The notes under the pieces were generated by a model that was not told where the DNA came from, did not search any database, and was given only the letters and a program-made list of their open reading frames with translations. The translations under genes and the position numbers were made by a program. Positions 35,524-48,971 of a DNA stretch of 53,293 bases are shown here, one piece after another (the first letter of the stretch is position 1; the number at the start of each line of letters is the position of its first letter). Source of the DNA: Nemertoderma westbladi (taxonomy: Eukaryota; Animalia; Xenacoelomorpha); contig JAUCBJ010002245.1 of assembly GCA_032718475.1 (NCBI GenBank), positions 1 through 53,293 on the forward strand, in the 5' to 3' direction.

Positions 35524-37302
35524 TTACCGGTAACTTGAGAAGAGAGAAGATTTATGAACAGAATTGACATGATCGTGTAGGTAGACTTGCCGACTGAATT
35601 CTTTATGACAATAACCACACTTATGTTTGATACCTTTATGTATAAAGTCGACATGTATTTTTAGTGCGGCTTTTGTAGTAAATGATTTTCCACAATCAGA
35701 ACAGTTGTACTTGATATCTTTATGTATAGAGTCAACATGTCGTTTTAGAGCGGCTTTTGTACCAAATGATTTTCCACAAGCAGAACATTTGTACTTTATA
35801 TCTTTATGAAAGTAGTTCACATGGGTGTTTAGACTCCATTGCTGGCTGAATTCTTTGTGACAATAACCGCACTTATATTTGATATCTTTATGTATAGAGT
35901 CGACATGTTGTTTTAGTTTGGCTTTGTAACGGAATTCTTTATTACAATAATCGCACTTATGTTTGATATCTTTATGTATTGAGTCGATATGTCGTTTTAG
36001 TTTGGCTTTTGTAGCAAATGATTTTCCACAATCAGAACAGTTGTACTTGATATCTTTATGAAAGTAGTTTACATGGGTGTATAGATTCCCTTGCTGACTG
36101 AATTCTTTATGACAATAACCGCACTTATATTTGATATCTTTATGTATAGAGTCGACATGTTGTTTTAGGGCGGCTTTTGTAGCAAATGATTTTCCACAAT
36201 CGAAGCAGTTGTACTTGATGAAACCTTTGTGGACAAAGTTAACGTGGGTGTTTAGACTCCTTTGCAGGCTGAATTCTTTATTACAATAATCGCACTTATG
36301 TTTGATATCTTTATGTATTGAGTCGACATGTAGTTTTAGTTTGGCTTTTGTACCAAATGATTTTCCACAAGCAGAACATTTGTACTTTATATCTTTATGA
36401 AAGTAGTTCACATGGGTGTTTAGACTCCATTGCTGGCTGAATTCTTTATTACAATAATCGCACTTATGTTTGATATCTTTATGTATTGAGTCGACATGTC
36501 GTTTTAGTTTGGCTTTTGTACCAAATGATTTTCCACAATCAGAACAGTTGTACTTGATATCTTTATGAAAGTAGTTCACATGGGTGTTTAGACTCCATTG
36601 CTGGCTGAATTCTTTATGACAATAACCGCACTTATATTTGATATCTTTATGTACAGAGTCGACATGTTGTTTTAGTGCGGCTTTGTAACGGAATTCTTTA
36701 TGACAATAACCACACTTATGTTTGATATCTTTATGGGTAGCGTCAACATGCTTCTTTACACTATTTTTGCGTGTAAACAATTTCTCACAATAATCGCATT
36801 TATACTTATTCTTGACGTCTTTATGAACGGATTCTACTATATGTCTCTCTAAATTCCCTTTGTTATTAAATAATTCATTGCAATGCAAACAGGAACTGGT
36901 ATCTGAAGAAGATACCAACTCCACAACAGTTTCATTAGAACTACCGGACGCTGTTGTTGCACAACTCATTGTCTGTTCTGTACCTTCAGTTTCAATAGGC
37001 CTACCATACGAACAGTCGGGACTATCGTTTTCCCGTTTTTCAACAATAAAAGAATCTCCAGATTGTTCATAAGAAATATCTTCGTCATCTAGTACAGGGA
37101 CAACATTTACTCTACCGAACAAATTGTTGTGATCTTCGATGGGAGATGATCCGTAAACGCAGTTTTCTTGTTTAACATCAAGAGAATAGGGGGTGGAGTC
37201 TGTTGGTTCTTTCTTTATAATTATACAGTCTGTTTGTTCTCTCTTTATAACTATATCGGCGCCAGATGATTCCTTTTTCAATAAATTAATATGTTGATCC
37301 AT
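35524..37302 (-). CDS. Tandem C2H2 zinc-finger protein, paralog 2 (592 aa from the first ATG; 16 fingers)
   Basis: N-terminus almost identical to paralog 1; homology spans 35280-37302 vs 10562-12425. The track start at 37314 is a GTG inside Helitron sequence; the ATG is at 37302. Confidence 0.9.
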   Translation of the reverse strand: MDQHINLLKKESSGADIVIKREQTDCIIIKKEPTDSTPYSLDVKQENCVYGSSPIEDHNNLFGRVNVVPVLDDEDISYEQSGDSFIVEKRENDSPDCSYGRPIETEGTEQTMSCATTASGSSNETVVELVSSSDTSSCLHCNELFNNKGNLERHIVESVHKDVKNKYKCDYCEKLFTRKNSVKKHVDATHKDIKHKCGYCHKEFRYKAALKQHVDSVHKDIKYKCGYCHKEFSQQWSLNTHVNYFHKDIKYNCSDCGKSFGTKAKLKRHVDSIHKDIKHKCDYCNKEFSQQWSLNTHVNYFHKDIKYKCSACGKSFGTKAKLKLHVDSIHKDIKHKCDYCNKEFSLQRSLNTHVNFVHKGFIKYNCFDCGKSFATKAALKQHVDSIHKDIKYKCGYCHKEFSQQGNLYTHVNYFHKDIKYNCSDCGKSFATKAKLKRHIDSIHKDIKHKCDYCNKEFRYKAKLKQHVDSIHKDIKYKCGYCHKEFSQQWSLNTHVNYFHKDIKYKCSACGKSFGTKAALKRHVDSIHKDIKYNCSDCGKSFTTKAALKIHVDFIHKGIKHKCGYCHKEFSRQVYLHDHVNSVHKSSLFSSYR

Positions 37303-39579
37303 CTGCACATGCACTAGAAAGCTGTGGCCCGAAGGGCCACAGGCTTTCTAGTCTAATCTAATATATATAAATATCGATTGTCTGTCAGTCAGTCAGTCTG
37401 TCTGTGTGTTTGTCATCGGCTATACAATCGAACCCATCTCGATGAAATCTCGCTTGCTATAGCTCGTTAGAAAGGTCTCGCCCTAACTCGTTGCAACGTA
37501 ATACTCAGAGTCGTCTGAAGTTCGCCCGTCTGCCGCTAGAGGGCGATTTTCGTGATTTTCGGGCGAAATTTATCGAATTATTTCGGTTCTTCTATCGGTA
37601 ATTAATGACTTAGAGGGCTAACATTTATCCCACCTGGTATAAAATTAACATGGGTAGATTCGCCGTGTCCCATTCTCACAAAGTTTTTATTTTATTCGAG
37701 TGTTTAATATAAATATGTATGATTATTTATTGATTAAAAATCAAATAGTGTATAAATATGTCATATTCGCCAAGCACGATCGAATTGGCCTATTGCTATT
37801 GAATAGGGAAGGATTGTTTTCTGTATCATAGCAACGTTAAGGTAATTATTGAACTCGCAGCTAGCTGGCTGGGCACAGATAAGGAGCAAGCAGGCTGGAG
37901 TGTTGATTGGGGTGGGTTTGGGTTGTCTATTGCTAATTGCTCAGAGTAATTCTGCTTTTTCAATCATTGGCTGCATGGAAGGAGAGGTTTATAACATTTT
38001 TGTTTTACTGTTATGAATATTAAAAGTAAAATAATTATTTCTGTAGGCCTATACTTACTGTATTATTATTTTATCTAATATTATACATCTAATCTCGATG
38101 AAATCTCGCTTACTATAGCTCGTTAGATAGGTCTTGCCCTAACTCGTTGCAACGTAATACTCAGAGCCGTCTGAAGTTTCCCCATCTGCCGCTAGAGGGC
38201 GAATTGTCCGATAGTGAAAACCTGATCTCATTGGGTTGTTTTTAATGCTTTTGAGCTGAAACTTGGTAGCTATATACTGCAGCATAGGCTGTATATTTCC
38301 GGAGTCACTGAGTTGTCCACAGTTCCCCAGTCTACCGTTAGAGGGCTAAATGTCTGAGAGTTAACATCTTCTCCAACTTTGTTATTTACAATCCGTTTAG
38401 ACTGAAACTTGGTAGGCATTTACTACAGCATAGGCTGTATCTTTACTGAGTCGCAGAGTCGTCTACAATTCCCCAGTCTACCGCTAGAGGGCGAAATGTC
38501 TGAAAGTTAACATCTTCTCCAACTTTGTTATTTATAATCCATTTAGACTGAACTTGGTAGGCATCTACTACAGCATAGGCTATATCTTTACTGAGTCGCG
38601 CAGAGTTGTCTACATTACCCGCGTCTGCCGCTAGAGGGTGAAATGTATGAAAGTTAACATCTTCTCCAACTTTGTTATTTACAATCCTTTTAGACTGAAA
38701 CTTGGTAGGCATCTACTATAGCATAGGCTATATCTTTGCGGAGTAGTAGAGTCGTCTACAGTTCCACAGTCAGCCGCTAGAGGGCGAATTGTCTGATAGT
38801 GAAAACCTCATCCCATTTGGTTCTTTTTAATCATTTTGAGCTGAAACTTGGTTGGTATCTACTACATCATAGGCTGTATCTTTACGGGGTTGCAGAATCC
38901 TATTCACTTCCCCAGTCTACCGCTAGAGGGTGAAATGTCTGAAAGTTAACATCTTCTACAACTTTGTTATTTACTAACGGTTTAGACTGAAACTTGGTAG
39001 GCATCTACTACAGCATAGGCTGTACCTTTACGGAGTCACAGCGTTGTATACAGTCCCCCCATCTGCCGCTAGAGGGCGACATATCTGCTAGTGAACACCT
39101 CATCCCATTTGGTTCTTTTTAATTCTATTGAGCTGGAACTTGGCAGGAATCTACTACAGCATATTCTGTATCTTTACGGAGTCCCAGAGTCGTCTACAGT
39201 TCTTCAATCTACCGCTAGAGGGTGAAATGTCTGAATGTGAACATCTACACCAATTTTGTTATTTACAATCTGTTTAAGCTGAAACTTGAAAGGCAGGCAT
39301 TTTACTTCACCATAAACCCCATCTTTACCAAACTGCAGCACCGTCTGCATTTCACCAGTCCGCAGGTAGAGGGTGGATCTGAAAGTGATCATTTTCTGGA
39401 AATTTTGTTATTTACAATCTGCCTAAAGTTGAAACTTGACAGTTATATCTTATGGGGGTGGTGTTTTATTTAATGATGGTGTCTATTCCGTATGCAGTTC
39501 TCAAATCTCCCACACATATTCATATATCATCTGCACGTGCACTAGAAAGCTGTGGCCCGAAGGGCCACAGGCTTTCCAG

Positions 39580-41290
39580 TCTATATATATAAATATCATG
39601 TGTCTGTCTGTCTGTTTGTTTGTTTGTCTGTCCAAGCTATACGTTTCTACACACAAGCACCAATCTGAGCTCGCGATACATCGAACGAAAGCTCTCGTCA
39701 CGAGCACGTGCACTGTCGCTATCTCGAGTCTTATTTTACGCGTTTGTTTGCGTGAATGCAGATTTCGTGAATTTGGTACCGGTAGCGCAGTAGGCCTAGC
39801 AGTTCATTCTGTCACTCTACACGTTGTGTCTCGACTGAACTCTATGCAACTTTATAATGCGCATCTACGTGATGCTTTAGAAAGGTATCACCCTAACTCG
39901 TGGCAACGTAATACTCAGAGCCGTCTGAAGTTCCCCTGTCTGCCGCTAGAGGGCGAATTGTCCGATAGTGAAAACCTGATCTCATTTGGTTGTTTTAAAT
40001 GCTTTTGAGCTGAAACTTGGTAGCTATCTACTGCAGCATAGGCTGTATATTTCCGGAGTCACTGAGTTGTTTACAGTTCCCCAGTCTACCGCTAGAGGGC
40101 TAAATGTCTGAAAGTTAACATCTTCTACAACTTTATTATTTACAATCCTTTTAGACTGAAACTTGGTTGGCATCTACTACAGCATAGACTATATCTTTGC
40201 AGAGTCGTAGAGTCGTCTACAGTTCCACAGTCAGCCGCTAGAGGGCGAATTGTCGGATAGTGAAAACCTCATCCCATTTGGTTGTTTTTAATCCTTTTGA
40301 GCTGAAACTTGGCAGGTATCTACTACAGCATAGGCTGTATCTTTACGGAGTTGCAGAGTCCTATACAGTTCCCAGTCTACCGCTAGAGGGTGAAATGTCT
40401 GAAAGTTAATATATTCTCCAACTTTGTTATTTACAATCGGTTTAGACTGAAACTTGGCAGGCATCTACTACAGCATAGACTATATCTTTGCAGAGTCGTA
40501 GAGTCGTCTACAGTTCCACAGTCAGCCGCTAGAGGGCGAATTGTCGGATAGTGAAAACCTCATCCCATTTGGTTCTTTTTAATCCTTTTGAGCTGAAACT
40601 TGGCAGGTATCTACTACAGCATAGGCTGTATCTTTACGGAGTTGCAGAGTCCTATACAGTTCCCCAGTCTACCGCTAGAGGGTGAAATATCTGAAAGTTA
40701 ACATATTCTCCAACTTTGTTATTTACAATCCTTTTAGACTGAAACTTGGTAGGCATCTACTACAGCATAGACTATATCTTTGCATAGTCGTAGTGTCGTC
40801 TACAGTTCCACAGTCAGCCGCTAGAGGGCAATTTCTCAGTCTACCGCTAGAGGGTGAAATGTCTCAAGTGAAATCCTTCTCCCATTTCGTTGTTTCTAAT
40901 GCTTTTTTGCTTATACTTGGGAAAAGCATGCTTGACCATAGGCTGTTTGTATTGGGAGGACGCTAACCAGTCTGCGGATTTCCAGTCTACTGCTAGGGTG
41001 CGAAATATCTGAATCTGAAAAGTAAAAACATTCTCACATTTATTTATTAAAAATGCTTTTACGCTGATAATTGTCAGAGGTCTACTGTACTACATCATAA
41101 GGCTGCATCTATGTGAAGGACGTTGACCAGTGTAGATATCTGAAAAGTAAAACAGCATCAGTCCTTTTGTTTGAGAGAACACTCTCAATCATATGAAGTT
41201 TTGTTAAGTCAATTAATTAATTAATGTTTGGAATGGTGAATAGGCTTGTGGACTAGAACGCCGTGGCCCGAAGGGCCACTGGCTTTCTAG
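39580..41290 (+). mobile_element. Divergent Helitron subfamily unit inside the array
   Basis: Same type of termini and subrepeats, but different 5' (~39600-39870) and 3' (~40860-41250) unique segments and a variant hairpin (ctagaacgccgtggcccgaagggccactggctttctag). Confidence 0.85.
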
Positions 41291-41311
41291 TCTAATATAT
41301 ATAAATCTCGA

Positions 41312-41355
<44 letters not shown>

Positions 41356-44300
41356 GTGTTTGTCATCGGCTATACAATCGAACCCATCTCGATGAAATCT
41401 CGCTTGCTATATCTCGTTAGAAAGGTCTCGCCCTAACTCGTTGCAACGTAATACTCAGAGCCGTCTGAAGTTCGCCCGTCTGCCGCTAGAGGGCGATTTT
41501 CGTGATTTTCGGGCGAAATTTATCGAATTAATTCGGTTCTTCTATCGGTAATTAATTGTTTAGAGGGGTAACATTTATCCCACCTGGTATAAAATTAACA
41601 TGGGTAGATTCGCCGTGTCCCATTCTCACAAAGTTTTTATTTTATTCGAGTGTTTAATATAAATATGTATGATTATTTATTGATTAAAAATCAAATAGTG
41701 TATAAATATGTCATATTCGCCAAGCAGGATCGAATTGGCCTATAGTTATTGAATAGGGAAGAATTGTTTACTGTATCATAGCAACGTTAAGGTAATTATT
41801 GAACTCGCAGCTAGCTGGCTGGGCACAGATAAGGAGCAAGCAGGCTGGAGTGTTGATTGGGGTGGGTTTGGGTTGTCTGTTGCGAATTGCTCAGAGTAAT
41901 TCTGCTTTCTCAATCATTGGCTGCATGGAAGGAGAGGTTTATAACATTTTTGTTTTACTGTTATGAATATTAAAAGTAAAATAATTATTTCTGTAGGCCT
42001 ATACTTACTGTATTATTATTTTATCTAATATTATACATCTAATCTCGATGAAATCTCGCTTACTATAGCTCGTTAGATAGGTCTCGCCCTAACTCGTTGC
42101 AACGTAATACTCAGAGCCGTCTGAAGTTCCACCGTCTGCCGCTAGAGGGCGAATTATCCGATAGTGAAAACCTGATCTTATAGGGTTGTTTTTAATGCTT
42201 TTGAGCTGAAACGTGGTAGCTATATACTGCAGCATAGGCTGTATATTTCCGGAGTCACTGGGTTGTCTACAGTTCCCCAGTCTACCGTTAGAGGGCTAAA
42301 TGTCTGAGAGTTAACATCTTCTCCAACTTTATTATTTACAATCCGTTTTGACTGAAACTTGGTAGGCATCTACTACAGCATAGGCTGAATCTTTACTGAG
42401 TCGCAGAGTCGTCTACAATTTCCCAGTCTACCGCTAAAGGGCGAAATGTCTGCAAGTTAACATCTTCTCCAACTTTGTTATTTATAATCCATTTAGACTG
42501 AACTTGGTAGGCATCTACTTCAGCATAGGCTATATCTTTACTGAGTCGCGCAGAGTTGTCTACAGTACCCGCGTCTGCCGCTAGAGGGCGAAATGTATGA
42601 AAGTTAACATCTTCTCCAACTTTGTTATTTACAAACCTTTTAGACTGAAACTTGGTAGGCATCTACTAAAGCATAGGCTATATCTTTGCGGAGTAGTAGA
42701 GTCGTCTACAGTTCCACAGTCAGCCGCAAGAGGGCGAATTGTCTGATAGTGAAAACCTCATCCCATTTGGTTCTTTTTAATCCTTTTGAGCTGAAACATG
42801 GCAGGTATCTACTACATCCTAGGCTCTATCTTTACGGAGTTGCAGAGTCCTATACACTTCCCCAGTCTACCGCTAGAGGGTGAAATGTCTGAAAGTTAAC
42901 ATCTTCTCCAACTTTGTTATTTACTAACGGTTTAGACTGAAATTGGTAGGCATCTACTACAACATAGGCTGTACCTTTACGGATTCGCAGAGTTGTATAC
43001 AGTCCCCCCATTTGACGCTAGAGGGCGAAATATCTGATAGTGAACACCTCATCCCATTTGGTTCTTTTTAATCCTATTGAGCTGGAACTTGGCAGGAATC
43101 TACTACAGCATATTCTGTATCTTTACGGAGTCCTAGAGTCGTCTACAGTTCTTCAGTCTACCGCTAGAGGGTGAAATGTTTGAATATGAACATCTACACC
43201 AATTTTGTTATTTACAATCTGTTTAAGCTGAAACTTGAAAGGCAGGCATTTTACTTCACCATAAACCCCATCTTTACCAAACTGCAGCGCCGTCTGCATT
43301 TCACCAGTCCGCAGGTAGAGGGTGGATCTGAAAGTGATCATTTTCTGGAAATTTTGTTATTTACAATCTGCGTAAAGTTGAAACTTGACAGTTATCTCTT
43401 ATGGGGGTGGTGTTTTATTTAATGATGGTGTCTGTTCCGTATGCAGTTCTCAAATCTCCCACACATATTCATATATCATCTGCACGTGCACTAGAAAGCT
43501 GTGGCCCGAAGGGCCACAGGCTTTCTAGTCTATATATATAAATATCGATTGTCTGTCAGTCAGTCTGTCTGTCTGTGTGTTTGTCATCGGCTATACAATC
43601 GAACCCATCTCGATGAAATCTCACTTGCTATATCTCGTTAGAAAGGTCTCGCCCTAACTCGTTGCAACGTAATACTCAGAGCCGTCTGAAGTTCGCCCGT
43701 CTGCCGCTAGAGGGCGATTTTCGTGATTTTCGGGCGAAATTTATCGAATTATTTCGGTTCTTCTATCGGTAATTAATTGTTTAGAGGGGTAAAATTTATC
43801 CCACCTGGTATAAAATTAACATGGGTAGATTCGCCGTGTCCCATTCTCACAAAGTTTTTATTTTATTCGAGTGTTTAATATAAATATGTATGATTATTTA
43901 TTGATTAAACATCAAATAGTGTATAAATATGTCATATTCGCCAAGCAGGATCGAATTGGCCTATAGTTATTGAATAGGGAAGGATTGTTTTCTGTATCAT
44001 AGCAACGTTAAGGTAATTATTGAACTCGCAGCTAGCTGACAGGGCACAGATAAGGAGCAAGCAGGCTGGAGTGTTGATTGGGGTGGGTTTGGGTTGTCTG
44101 TTGCGAATTGCTCAGAGTAATTCTGCTTTTTCAATCATTGGCTGCATGGAAGGAGAGGTTTATAACATTTTTGTTTTACTGTTATGAATATTAAAAGTAA
44201 AATAATTATTTCTGTAGGCCTATACTTACTGTATTATTATTTTATCTAATAGTATACATCTAATCTCGATGAAATCTCGCTTACTATAGCTCGTTAGATA

Positions 44301-47300
44301 GGTCTCGCCCTAAGTCGTTGCAACGTAATACTCAGAGCCGTCTGAAGTTCCCCCGTCTGCCGCTAGAGGGCGAATTGTCCGATAGTGAAAACCTGATCTT
44401 ATTGGGTTGTTTTTAATGCTTTTGAGCTGAAACTTGGTAGCTATATACTGCAGCATAGGCTGTATATTTCCGGAGTCACTGGGTTGTCTACAGTTCCCCA
44501 GTCTACCGTTAGAGGGCTAAATGTCTGAGAGTTAACATCTTCTCCAACTTTGTTATTTACAATCCGTTTAGACTGAAACTTGGTAGGCATCTACTACAGC
44601 ATAGGCTGTATCTTTACTGAGTCTTAGAGTCGTCTACAATTCCCTGGTCTACCGCTAGAGGGCGAAATGTCTGAAAGTTAACATCTTCTCCAACGTTGTT
44701 ATTTATAATCCATTTAGACTGAACTTGGTAGGCATCTACTACAGCATAGGCTGTATCTTTACTGAGTAGCAGAGTCATCTACAATTCCCTGGTCTACCGC
44801 TAGAGGGCGAAATGTCTGAAAGTTAACATCTTCTCCAACTTTGTTATTTATAATCCATTTAGACTGAACTTGGTAGGCATCTACTACAGCATAGGCTATA
44901 TCTTTACTGAGTCGCGCAGAGTTGTCTACATTACCCGCGTCTGCCGCTAGAGGGCGAAATGTATGAAAGTTAACATCTCCTCCAACTTTGTTATTTACAA
45001 TCCTTTTAGACTGAAACTTGGTAGGCATCTACTATAGCATAGGCTATATCTTTGCCGAGTAGTAGAGTCGGCTACAGTTCCACAGTCAGCCGCTAGAGGG
45101 CGAATTGTCTGATAGTGAAAACCTCATCCCATTTGGTTCTTTTTAATCATTTTGAGCTGAAACTTGGTTGGTATGTACTACATCATAGGCTGCATCTTTA
45201 CGGGGTTGCAGAATCCTATTCACTTCCCCAGTCTACCGCTAGAGGGTGAAATGTCTGAAAGTTAACATCTTCTCCAACTTTGTTATTTACTAACGGTTTA
45301 GACTGAAACTTGGTAGGCATCTACTACAGCATAGGTTGTACCTTTACGGAGTCACAGAGTTGTATACAGTCCCCCCATCTGCCGCTAGAGGGCGACATAT
45401 CTGATAGTGAACACCTCATCCCATTTGGTTCTTTTTAATCCTATTGAGCTGGAACTTGGCAGGAATCTACTACAGCATATTCTGTATCTTTACGGAGTCC
45501 CAGATTCGTCTACAGTTCTTTAGTCTACCGCTAGAGGGTGAAATGTCTGAATGTGAACATCTACACCAATTTTGTTATTTACAATCTGTTTAAGCTGAAA
45601 CTTGAAAGGCAGGCATTTTACTTCACCATAAACCCCATCTTTACCAAACTGCAGCATCGTCTGCATTTCACCAGTCCGCAGGTAGAGGGTGGATCTGAAA
45701 GTGATCATTTTCTGGAAATTTTGTTATTTACAATCTGCCTAAAGTTGAAACTTGACAGTTATCTCTTATGGGGGAGGTGTTTTATTTAATGATGGTGTCT
45801 GTTCCGTATGCAGTTCTCCAATCTCCCACACATATTCATATATCATCTGCACATGCACTAGAAAGCTGTGGCCCGAAGGGCCACAGGCTTTCTAGTCTAA
45901 TATATATAAATATCGATTGTCTGTCAGTCAGTCTGTCTGTCTGTGTGTTTGTCATCGGCTATACAATCGAACCCATCTCGATGAAATCTCGCTTGCTATA
46001 TCTCGTTAGAAAGGTCTCGCCCTAACTCGTTGCAACGTAATACTCAGAGCCGTCTGAAGTTCGCCCGTCTGCCGCTAGAGGGCGATTTTCGTGATTTTCG
46101 GGCGAAATTTATCGAATTATTTCGGTTCTTCTATCGGTAATTAATTGTTTAGAGGGGTAAAATTTATCCCACCTGGTATAAAATTAACATGGGTAGATTC
46201 GCCGTGTCCCATTCTCACAAAGTTTTTATTTTATTCGAGTGTTTAATATAAATATGTATGATTATTTATTGATTAAAAATCAAATAGTGTATAAATATGT
46301 CATATTCGCCAAGCAGGATCGAATTGGCCTATAGTTATTGAATAGGGAAGGATTGTTTTCTGTATCATAGCAACGTTAAGGTAATTATTGAACTCGCAGC
46401 TAGCTGGCTGGGCACAGATAAGGAGCAAGCAGGCTGGAGTGTTGATTGGGGTGGGTTTGGGTTGTCTGTTGCGAATTGCTCAGAGTAATTCTGCTTTTTC
46501 AATCATTGGCTGCATGGAAGGAGAGGTTTATAACATTTTTGTTTTACTGTTATGAATATTAAAAGTAAAATAATTATTTCTGTAGGCCTATACTTACTGT
46601 ATTATTATTTTATCTAATATTATACATCTAATCTCGCTGAAATCTCGCTTACTATAGCTCGTTAGATAGGTCTCGCCCTAACTCGTTGCAACGTAATACT
46701 CAGAGCCGTCTGAAGTTCCACCGTCTGCCGCTAGAGGGCGAATTATCCGATAGTGAAAACCTGATCTTATAGGGTTGTTTTTAATGCTTTTGAGCTGAAA
46801 CGTGGTAGCTATATACTGCAGCATAGGCTGTATATTTCCGGAGTCACTGGGTTGTCTACAGTTCCCCAGTCTACCGTTAGAGGGCTAAATGTCTGAGAGT
46901 TAACATCTTCTCCAACTTTGTTATTTACAATCCGTTTAGACTGAAACTTGGTAGGCATCTACTACAGCATAGGCTGTATCTTTACTGAGTCTTAGAGTCG
47001 TCTACAATTCCCTGGTCTACCGCTAGAGGGCGAAATGTCTGAAAGTTAACATCTTCTCCAACTTTGTTATTTATAATCCATTTAGACTGAACTTGGTAGG
47101 CATCTACTACAGCATAGGCTGTATCTTTACTGAGTAGCAGAGTCATCTACAATTCCCTGGTCTACCGCTAGAGGGCGAAATGTCTGAAAGTTAACATCTT
47201 CTCCAACTTTGTTATTTATAATCCATTTAGACTGAACTTGGTAGGCATCTACTACAGCATAGGCTATATCTTTACTGAGTCGCGCAGAGTTGTCTACATT

Positions 47301-48270
47301 ACCCGCGTCTGCCGCTAGAGGGCGAAATGTATGAAAGTTAACATCTCCTCCAACTTTGTTATTTACAATCCTTTTAGACTGAAACTTGGTAGGCATCTAC
47401 TATAGCATAGGCTATATCTTTGCGGAGTAGTAGAGTCGGCTACAGTTCCACAGTCAGCCGCTAGAGGGCGAATTGTCTGATAGTGAAAACCTCATCCCAT
47501 TTGGTTCTTTTTAATCATTTTGAGCTGAAACTTGGTTGGTATCTACTACATCATAGGCTGCATCTTTACGGGGTTGCAGAATCCTATTCACTTCCCCAGT
47601 CTACCGCTAGAGGGTGAAATGTCTGAAAGTTAACATCTTCTCCAACTTTGTTATTTACTAACGGTTTAGACTGAAACTTGGTAGGCATCTACTACAGCAT
47701 AGGTTGTACCTTTACGGAGTCACAGAGTTGTATACAGTCCCCCCATCTGCCGCTAGAGGGCGACATATCTGATAGTGAACACCTCATCCCATTTGGTTCT
47801 TTTTAATCCTATTGAGCTGGAACTTGGCAGGAATCTACTACAGCATATTCTGTATCTTTACGGAGTCCCAGATTCGTCTACAGTTCTTTAGTCTACCGCT
47901 AGAGGGTGAAATTTCTGAATGTGAACATCTACACCAATTTTGTTATTTACAATCTGTTTAAGCTGAAACTTGAATGGCAGGCATTTTACTTCACCATAAA
48001 CCCCATCTTTACCAAACTGCAGCATCGTCTGCATTTCACCAGTCCGCAGGTAGAGGGTGGATCTGAAAGTGATCATTTTCTGGAAATTTTGTTATTTACA
48101 ATCTGCCTAAAGTTGAAACTTGACAGTTATCTATTATGGGGGTGGTGTTTTATTTAATGATGGTGTCTGTTCCGTATGCAGTTCTCCAATCTCCCACACA
48201 TATTCATATATCATCTGCACATGCACTAGAAAGCTGTGGCCCGAAGGGCCACAGGCTTTCTAGTCTAATA

Positions 48271-48971
48271 CAGTACAGGCCACCAGAAAACGCAGATTTG
48301 TACAATTGTGAACACATTTTATCAAATGTGTACCAGTGTAATGCAATGTTGTTGAACGGGACAATTGAACATAATTGAACATAATTGAATTGGCAACAAC
48401 CAAAATTTTTTCGCCAAAGGATACAATTGAATACTTTTGAAACTCTTAGTAACCTGGAAACTCTCTGTAGTTTGCCGCTAACTGTCACTCACTGCAGCTG
48501 GAAATGCGATAAGGATATTGTTTACCTTTATAGTGTGCGGTTAATAGTGTCTAGTAGGCAGGCCTATAGTTAGTGATGTTAAGGCATCTTCTGGTGTTTC
48601 TCTGTGCCCTCTCGGTGTCAGACTAATGGCGCGACATCTCCCTGCACTAAATTAATTATTCAATGGTCTAGGCTCCTCCAAACATATACCCATCCACTCC
48701 ATGAACCTCCATGTGGACTTGTATGTAGTTCTCTCTCTACCAATACAGCCCATGTCCGCAATGTTACGCCCTGGGGGCTCTCTCATCTACCTGATATCAG
48801 ACATACAGGCGCACCGCACACAAAGCCTTTGTCGGTCCCAGCAAGTTAGCCTCCTGCTGTGTGATCTAGAGGATAACTTGCCATAACCTGCCAATCAGAT
48901 GACTTGAACAAATGTGTTCACATGTGATCACATTGGATGAAATCTGCTTTTTCTGGTGGCCTGTACTTGTG
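48271..48971. mobile_element. Tc1/mariner-type MITE inserted in a Helitron 5' end (copy 1)
   Basis: TIR cagtacaggccaccagaaaa.gcagattt / aaatctgctttttctggtggcctgtact; inserted at a TA of the TATATA run. Confidence 0.85.

Noticed and set aside
37303-37314. N-terminal extension MHVQ of ZF paralog 2
   Set aside because: It begins at a GTG within Helitron sequence; the nearest upstream ATG (37310) is out of frame and stops quickly.
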